A stretch of 64,000 nucleotides of DNA from Octopus vulgaris (taxonomy: Eukaryota). A program made the translations under genes and the position numbers. The stretch's first letter is position 1. Each line of letters starts with the position of its first letter. Below the pieces are notes generated by a model that ran no database searches, was not told where the DNA came from, and saw only the letters and a list, made by a program, of their open reading frames with translations. The stretch is taken from NCBI GenBank assembly GCA_951406725.2, contig OX597833.1, forward strand, positions 40,982,001 through 41,046,000. The letters are read 5' to 3'. This document shows, one piece after another, positions 56,109 to 64,000 of this stretch.

Positions 56109-56540
56109 CATGCATATATATATATATATATTAGAAGGTTTGGAGATGATGTACAGGTATTATATATTAGATGAAATGAGGTACTCAGAAATTCGGATGG
56201 TTTTATATTTACAGATATTTATTTGTATATTACATGTTTTATACATCATATATCATATATCATATAATAGCGCTTTCGTCCATTCTGGAGGAGTTTTCAA
56301 ATTGAACTAAGTTCTTGGGGGAAATTTGACCAATTTTATAGTGTTATTGAGTGTGTAGTGGTGGGGAGGGATATGAGATAGTACAAGAGAATGATGAATA
56401 TACTGGAGGTTCCGTATCTCTCCCACTTAGTGTGTGTATGTGTATTTCTTATACATATATATATATATATATGTAGGTCCCGGGTTGAGTCGGGGTTAAC
56501 CACAGTAAATAAGGTACTCAATACATAGCAGAGTAAATAA

Positions 56541-56629
<89 letters not shown>

Positions 56630-57267
56630 CATATACATATACACACACATACATACACACACAGTCATATACATTTATTTATTGGATGATAAGCTTTGTA
56701 AATGCGTTTGCATGCGTTGTGTGGGAGTATGTATCATCATGAAAGTAACTATGCAAAGTAAGCTCTTACACTTTGCTTTGACAGATTTGTTGCTCAATAC
56801 CATAGTCTTTAGGGAAAGGATTCGTCATTTTAGTCATTGTTCTGGATATATTTTTAAGTTTTGCACATTTTTATCGTCTTGTATATCATGAGCCTTCTTA
56901 GCCTATGGATATAGAGGAGATGGGGCGGAATGGGGCTTTCTGCAAAGGTCAAAGTTTCTGTTAAAGTGTCTCACTAATAGAGAAAGAATCGTTGATCTTC
57001 TCAGAAATATGGCCCTTTCGTTGGAATTTTCACATAACTTACGTAATCATGTATGTATGTACTTCTGTTTTACTTATTGGTTTAAAGTAAAGTTTGACTC
57101 AGAGTTTCAAGACAACATGTCCGCGGCCATTGGACTCTGACAAGTCGTCTATAAAGCTAAGTGCTTTATGGATGTGAAACCATTGGTCACTCTATGACCG
57201 GACATATATTTAACTTCATGTAAATACATTACTGCTCTAACTTTCAGAGTGTGCTTCTTTTTCCAGA

Positions 57268-57309
<42 letters not shown>

Positions 57310-57311
<2 letters not shown>

Positions 57312-57506
57312 CGGGAAGGTTTACGAAAATAAACAAAAGACGAAGGCAGGTGGAGTACAAACAAACAAATGTATTAGTATGGCGCTCAGGAATAGAAATA
57401 GAACAAGTCTTTTACGTTTCGAGCCAACGCTCTTCGACAGAAAAATACACAGAAAAAAACAAGGAGAAAAAAAATGCGTGTATGAGCTAACGATCTATCA
57501 TGGCGT

Positions 57507-57507
<1 letters not shown>
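57310..57507 (-). mobile_element. Family C2 copy 2
   Basis: Reverse complement of 4893-5104; motif at 57408-57445; 3' end at (TA)n. Confidence 0.78.
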
Positions 57508-57538
<31 letters not shown>

Positions 57539-57990
57539 TGTATGTATGTATACACATATTTGTCATCTAAAGTGTGTATACACGTGTGTGTATGTGTGTG
57601 AGTATATCTATGTCTGTGCAGGCTTGTTTGAATACGCGCGTGTGTGTGTGCGCGGATGTTTGTGGTTGCGTCTTTAAATTAACATGTACAACGTCTTAGA
57701 CACTTATGTCATAGACAAATATAGACCAATACTCTCGAGTAATAGTATTTATTTAATTAGCTTACAATCTAATTTACCGTCATAAAATCGAGTGGAGTAG
57801 ATTTTCGTAAATATTTCCATAATTTGTATACGAACTTTGTTACCCAAACCCATACGACCCAAGAAGCGCAATCGTCGTCACTAAACCCGTTAGAAATAGC
57901 AGCCAATTCTCTTTCGCAGTGCTTAAACAAGTCTGCATCTTGAAGATGTATTGAGTCATATATATATTGTGTTAATATATTTTATACCTA

Positions 57991-58333
57991 AGGCGGCAAG
58001 GGGGCAGAAATGTTAGCACACCGGGCAAAATCCTTAGCGGTATTTCGTCTGTCTCTACGTTCAAATTCCGCCGAAGTCGACTTTGCTTTTCATCCTTCGG
58101 GGTCGATAAATTAACAACCAGTTATGTACTGGGGTCGATCTAACTGACTGAGCCCTTTCCCCAAAATGTTGGGCCATGTGTCTGGAGTAGAAAAGAATAC
58201 TTTAAAGGGGGCGAGCTGGCAGAAACGCTAGCACACCGGGCGAAATGCTTAGCGGTATTTCGTTTGTCTTAACGTTCTGAGTTCAAATTCCGCCGAGGTC
58301 GACTTTGCCTTTCATCCTTTCGGGCTCGATAAA
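57991..58333 (+). mobile_element. Two tandem SINE-A copies (one with the alternative tail, one 3'-truncated)
   Basis: Heads at ~57991 and ~58207; core gcctttcatcctttcggg..cgataaa in both. Confidence 0.85.
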
Positions 58334-58597
58334 TATACATATCTAAGTACGTATTATATGTCAATATGCATTCACGTGCATGTGTGCGCGCGCGTGTGTG
58401 TGTGTACATGTAAAATTAATAAAGCGAAAGATAATGGCGTGTAAATATTTGGCTAAAAATACCTTTTGGATAGATAAAGTCAATTTTTGCACGCTAGAGT
58501 GCTCATAGCTTTATTTACATCCTTTTCCACCTTTAACTAATTAATTATTTCACGTTCTCTCGGACTTCGTAAATGTTTATGACATCATTACATGCAT

Positions 58598-58796
58598 ACG
58601 TTGCTCCAGTCCACTCAGCTGGCAAAATTGAGTCGTACCTGTATTTCAAAGGGCCAATCACATTTTATGTCACGTTGAATATCCCTGAGAAGTACGTTAT
58701 GGATACGCGTGTCTGTGGAGTGCTCAGCCATTTGCACGTTAATTTCACGAGCAGGTTGTTCCGCTGATTTCGATCAACTGGAACCCTCGTCGTCTT
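58598..58796 (+). mobile_element. SINE family E body, copy 2
   Basis: Homologous to 8660-8865. Confidence 0.72.
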
Positions 58797-59396
58797 AAGT
58801 TCCAGTTACATACATACAGCCATACATACATACATACATACATGCATACATATATGTATGTGCGTATGTACGCATGTATGTATATATGTATTACGCATCA
58901 CAACCTTTCATTGCGCAATTTAAACAATTGAATTTTATTGGTTTTTATTGTGTTTTTTTTCAATTATTTCCAAGTTAACTAATTTAGTTGATGTATTAAT
59001 GATGTCTGGAAGTAATTACAATATTTGTTATTAATTAGACAGTTACATCTGAGTATGTAAAACATGGGAAATGCATAACACGTGTTTCTTACATACATAC
59101 ACACAACGAGAGTGAGAGAGGAGGAGGGGCGAGAGAGGGGAGAGGGCAAGAGGGGGAGGGGCAAGAGAGAGGGAGAGGGGGGAGATCGAGAGAGAGAGCA
59201 GTCAGTACATCCAACTTAACATGGAGGTACTGTAAGAATGCCATGATACTGCGATATTCGTCTTCACCAGGTGCTTTCTCAAGGTGAATACCGCTGTATA
59301 GTAGCGTTGTTACAGGACATACAGTAAATTAGTCATACAGATTGTTATTCTCTACTAATACTGTTCACGACCATCGGTTATACTGGTATATATATA

Positions 59397-59548
59397 GTGA
59401 GAATTTATATAAAAAAAACAAAAGACGAAGACGGGTGTGTAAACAACAAACAGATGTATTGGTTTAACGCTCGGGAAGTGAGAAAGTCCTTTACGTTTCG
59501 AGCCTACGCTCTTCAACAGAAAGGAAAACAGAAATAAAACAGGGAGAG
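59397..59548 (-). mobile_element. Family C3 copy 2
   Basis: Reverse complement of 5352-5501; motif CUGUUGA, A, GAGC guag GCUC, GAAA, CG, UA at 59486-59524. Confidence 0.75.
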
Positions 59549-59640
59549 ATACGGATAACCCCCCTATACCCTCCGGAACAGGATGAACTGTGAGCCTGAA
59601 CTTCAGACTTTTCTACACATCAAATTTTTCTAAAAGTTTC

Positions 59641-59682
<42 letters not shown>

Positions 59683-59740
59683 ATATGTATGTTCATATAT
59701 ATATATACATATATGTATATATATATATGAACATACATAT

Positions 59741-59790
<50 letters not shown>

Positions 59791-59843
59791 TCATATATAT
59801 ATATACATATATGTATATATATGTATATATATATATATATATG

Positions 59844-59911
<68 letters not shown>

Positions 59912-60054
59912 GTATGTATAGGTATATGTATATGTATATATCTCGTCTGCGATGACGGAATACCCAGGATAGGAAGATGTGGATCAACACATTGGTCCGT
60001 TACCTGAGATATCCCAGAAACAGCTGTAACACATTATTATTTACTTATAGATAA

Positions 60055-60111
<57 letters not shown>

Positions 60112-60292
60112 CAGTATTAATACTAAAAGGCAGCCTTGATCTCCAGTTTAATGTAGAAATTGTGTTAGAACACAGAATACTGACTTATGTGCTTTGAGAG
60201 GAGCTCTCATGAGGATTCGTACAATCCTAAGATAACCACCGCGAAGATTAAGATTGCTTTACATAGATGTGTGAATGTATGTATATATATAC

Positions 60293-60420
<128 letters not shown>

Positions 60421-60697
60421 GGGGACGTAAACACACCACTATCGGTTGTCAAGCGATCTTGGGAGCATAAACACAGACACACATACACACACACACATAT
60501 ATGCATATATATATATATATAACATATATACACACAGACATACATACTTATATACGCATTATACACATTATAGACTTCCGATGTATTACGTGCTCAGATG
60601 AAACTTTGTAATTAATAAAAAATTATTTAGAATATGTTAACCATTCACACTGGTAACCTCTCTCTCCCTCTCCATCTCTTGCCCCCTCTCTTTAACT

Positions 60698-60753
<56 letters not shown>

Positions 60754-60869
60754 TGCATATAAACTGTTAATCCACATATTAAATGCTATATACTAGAATT
60801 ATTAATTATTCTGTATTACGTTATTTAATTAATGTAATATATGTAATATATTCACTCACATACGAATAT

Positions 60870-61826
60870 GCATGACCTGTATGGTAAAAAGCTTGCTTCC
60901 TAACCACGTTGTTTCGGGTTCAGTCCCACGGCGTAGCACCTTGAGCAAGTATTTTATACTAAAGTATTTTACACTAAGTTACGGAGATGCAAACACTCAC
61001 AAATCCACTCACAAGGCCTTGTGAGTGGATTTGATAGAAGAAAATCGAAAGCGGCCCATCGTATATGTGCATGCGCGCGCGTGTGTGTATAGACACACAC
61101 ATGTATGTATGTATGTATGTATGTATGTATGTATGTATGTATGTATGTATGTATGTATGTATGTATGTATGTATGTATGTATGCATGTATGTATGTATGC
61201 ATGCATGTATGTATGTGTGTGTATGTATGTATGTATGTATGTATGTATATGAATGTATGTATGTATGTGTGTATGTATGTATGCATGTATGTATGCATGT
61301 ATGTGTGTATGTATGTATGTATGTATGTATGTATGGATGTATGTAAGCATGTATGTATGTATGCATGCATGCATGTATGTATGTGTGTATGTATGTATGT
61401 ATGTATGTATGTATGTATGTATGTATGCATATATGAATGTATGTGTGTATGTATGTATGCATGAATGTATGTTTGTATGTATGCATGTATGTGTGTATGT
61501 ATGTATATATCTATGCATGTATGTATGGGTTTGTATTTATGTATGTATGTATGTATGTATGTATGTATGTATGTATGTATGTATGCATTTATGTATGTGC
61601 GTGTGTGTGTGTTTTTGTTTGTCTTTTACCACTGTTTGAAACTGGTGCTGACGTGTTTACATCTCCGTAACTTAGCGGCTCGGCAAAAAGACCCCCAAGA
61701 GAACAAGTACCAGGCGTACAAAGAAAATAAGTATTGAGGTCACCTTGCTGGACTGAACGTTTCAAGGTGGCACTCCAGTATGGCCACAGTCCAATGACTG
61801 AAACAAGTAAGACATAAAGGATAGAA
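60870..61826 (+). mobile_element. SINE family B with ~550-bp internal (TATG)n expansion and an internal inversion
   Basis: Head gggttcagtcccacggcgtagcaccttgagcaagt; tail gtggcactccagtatggccacagtccaatgactgaaacaag. Confidence 0.82.
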
Positions 61827-62156
61827 TAGATATACAATTTCGAACGCAATAAAGTTTTAAGAAGAGCATAGAAAGATTGGGTGTTTTACCCTTATAAGAC
61901 GGGAAAAAAATTGCCAGCAGGGGGCTCCGGGTTCGTACCTATACCCATTAGATATCGGCTGAGTTCCCTATCGCTATGGTAAACGGCCCCTGGCAATAAT
62001 TGCTGTGAATTTTAATGCTAAATTATAGCTTTTGGAATGCGACAACATTTTATAAACAAATTTTGTAATCGTCGAATGTGTTGATATTTTACTGACAAGA
62101 AAGTAAATTTCGAATGCAGTAAAGCTGTAATAACAGCAGAGAAATATTTACATGTA

Positions 62157-62669
62157 CCGTAAATCCTCGAGTATAGTCCGCCCTTGAGTATAATACGCAG
62201 GGGATTTTTAGGGGGCTGTACTTCTGAAAATTCCAAACCTAATGTATAATACGCACCCCTTCTCTAACTTGAGTCGTGCGTAATTAAGCCAGCAGCGCCT
62301 AGTCGAACAAACACTTCCGCGCATGCGTAATACAATATTGGTAATGTTCTTAACTGTTATATGGGAATGTAAATATGTAAATATGTTTGCAAATTGTTTT
62401 TGCTACATGTTATTCTGTGTTCTGAATACTTTTATTTTAATAAATGTTGCTTACTGTAAGTTATAGATGATTCTTTTATGACTTCATTGCTTTCAGGCAT
62501 AGCTTAAGGTATTTTCGCACCCGACATCACAAAATGCGTCTCAATAAATATTGCCGGACATTGCTTAGAAAGTATTTTTCATTTTTAACCTCGTATATAG
62601 TACACACTAGGGATTTTGACCTTCAAATTTTTGGGGAAAAAAATGCGGATTATACTCGAGGATTTACGG
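62157..62669. mobile_element. Tc1/mariner-superfamily (pogo/Tigger-like) MITE, 513 bp, TA TSD
   Basis: TA|ccgtaaatcctcgagtatagtccgc ... gcggattatactcgaggatttacgg|TA. Confidence 0.92.
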
Positions 62670-62671
62670 TA

Positions 62672-63400
62672 TATCTATTTCATCCTATACCTTTTACTAC
62701 TCACAATATTGGATTGTATCGAGACGATTAATTAAACATATCATCACACATTAAGCAGTTGTAAAGAAAATCTCAAAAATGTTTTGATAGCATAGAGCTA
62801 TTTAAGTATCTAAGTTTGACTTTTAAATGCATTTTCAGAAACCTAAATGAAATACTTTGAACATAAAACAAATAGTCTTGTCATTTGCCCAGCAATATGT
62901 TTAGAAACTTCATATCTTTGTTTCAAAAGATATTTAAGATAGCGACCCGTTACTACCAAGGGCCACAGCAGATAGTGGCTCCAATGAGAATATCTCATAC
63001 ACCCCATGAAATCAATCTTCGAATAGGCCTAAGATGATTATGTGAATTGCACCTTTTTTTTTCATTCATGTTAAGTCTAACGTATAAAAGAAATGATTGA
63101 GTTACACAGATATTGTAAGTTTACAAGAGGCGTTCATGGAAATTCACTCACAATTGCAATTCCAGCATGAAAATGTTTATCTCAATACTGCGTTATTGAG
63201 AGAAATTAAGATGAACTTTTGTTGACGCTATCAATTATTTTTTAATAAGCCCACTACTTGCGACACCGGTGCCTGAATAGCCACTGAAAGTCTATAAATC
63301 ACTGACGGGGGAATTCCACTACTGTGTCTAACCGGACGTCTGCCATTGTGAAGTCCAAAGAAGGGCGAAATCATGTGACCTGGCAGTTCCGGCGGTTATC
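62672..63400 (+). pseudogene. Highly decayed Penelope-like element (RT YRDD motif through to 3' hammerhead relic)
   Basis: YLF...NIGLYRDD at ~62672-62728, followed by KP and SCHLP-like remnants; hammerhead-like fold at 63340-63386. Confidence 0.6.
63340..63386 (+). ncRNA. Hammerhead-like fold with U3:A8 core
   Basis: CUGCCA, UUGUGAA, GUCC aaagaa GGGC, GAAA, UCA ug UGA, CC, UGGCAG. 6-bp perfect stem I; position 16.1 is C rather than U. Confidence 0.5.
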
Positions 63401-64000
63401 GCCCGTCAGCAATATAAACACGAGTGTTTATATGCATCACAAGTCCATACAAGAGGTTCTGTCGTGGTAAATAACGAAGTATTATGAGTTCTAAAACAAC
63501 ACCCATTTTTAGTTTACCTTTCTAGAATATCTTTTATTATTTTGTAATAACTTTTATCGCTTACTTGTTTCTGTCATTAGACTGCGGCCATGTTGGGGCA
63601 CCGCCTTCAAGAATTTTTGCCGAACCACTAGGTTACAGCAATGTAAACACACCAACACCGGTCGTCAAGCAAAGGTAGAGAACAAACAGACACAAAGATA
63701 CAGACCACGCGCGCACGCACACGCACACATACATATATCTGGAAGGCATGACACGTTATCAAAGGATAGGGCTCAAAAGGTCCATGTTCCATTCCTTTAT
63801 CTAGCGTGGTTAGACGAAAGCTATTCACCATCCGGGGGGATTAACGTGCAGTATACGAACCGCGTTATATCATTTTACGCTGCGAATGCTGAGGAGGAGC
63901 ATTGATTGTCTTACATCTCACTGCTCGCCTTGCGTAATATTGACAGTCATTCTACTGAAACACGTGCATATTTTATAAAGATTAGAATATCATTATCGTT

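Noticed and set aside
56262-56308. Minus-strand UUGAAAA...UCCA gaa UGGA C GAAA GCGC UA
   Set aside because: The right half is hammerhead-like but stem I is not supported; left uncalled pending a family consensus.
60200-60235. CTCATGA plus AGGATT/AATCCT hairpin
   Set aside because: G5 is missing and no GAAA follows.

Overview
This is AT-rich eukaryotic DNA saturated with microsatellites. The tRNA-derived SINE families and repeat landscape resemble a coleoid cephalopod (octopus-like) genome; that assignment is inferred. No intact host gene can be supported, and nearly all long ORFs in the track are translations of (TA)n, (CA)n, (TATG)n, (GATA)n or trinucleotide repeats. Recognisable content: many tRNA-SINE copies (several with clean target-site duplications, TSDs), mariner relics and MITEs, a Helitron helicase relic with its 3' terminus, a complete non-autonomous Helitron nested in a hAT MITE, and three clear Penelope-like element (PLE) coding remnants (an uninterrupted RT-thumb fragment at 54082-54480, a GLYRDD RT relic at ~62.7 kb, a GIY-YIG C-terminus at ~17.7 kb). 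The main hidden signal is a set of at least eight sequence-unrelated families of short elements, mostly at (TA)n tracts and often folded back as long inverted repeats, that carry minimal type I hammerhead-ribozyme folds (about 15 motifs read by eye). Their stems covary, and the catalytic core shows compensatory or unusual variants (G3:C8, U3:A8, C4, U6; stem III reduced to a self-complementary ACGU). This looks like a microsatellite-targeting PLE/retrozyme-like system with natural ribozyme core variation. Cleavage activity is untested and all motif calls were made by manual reading.
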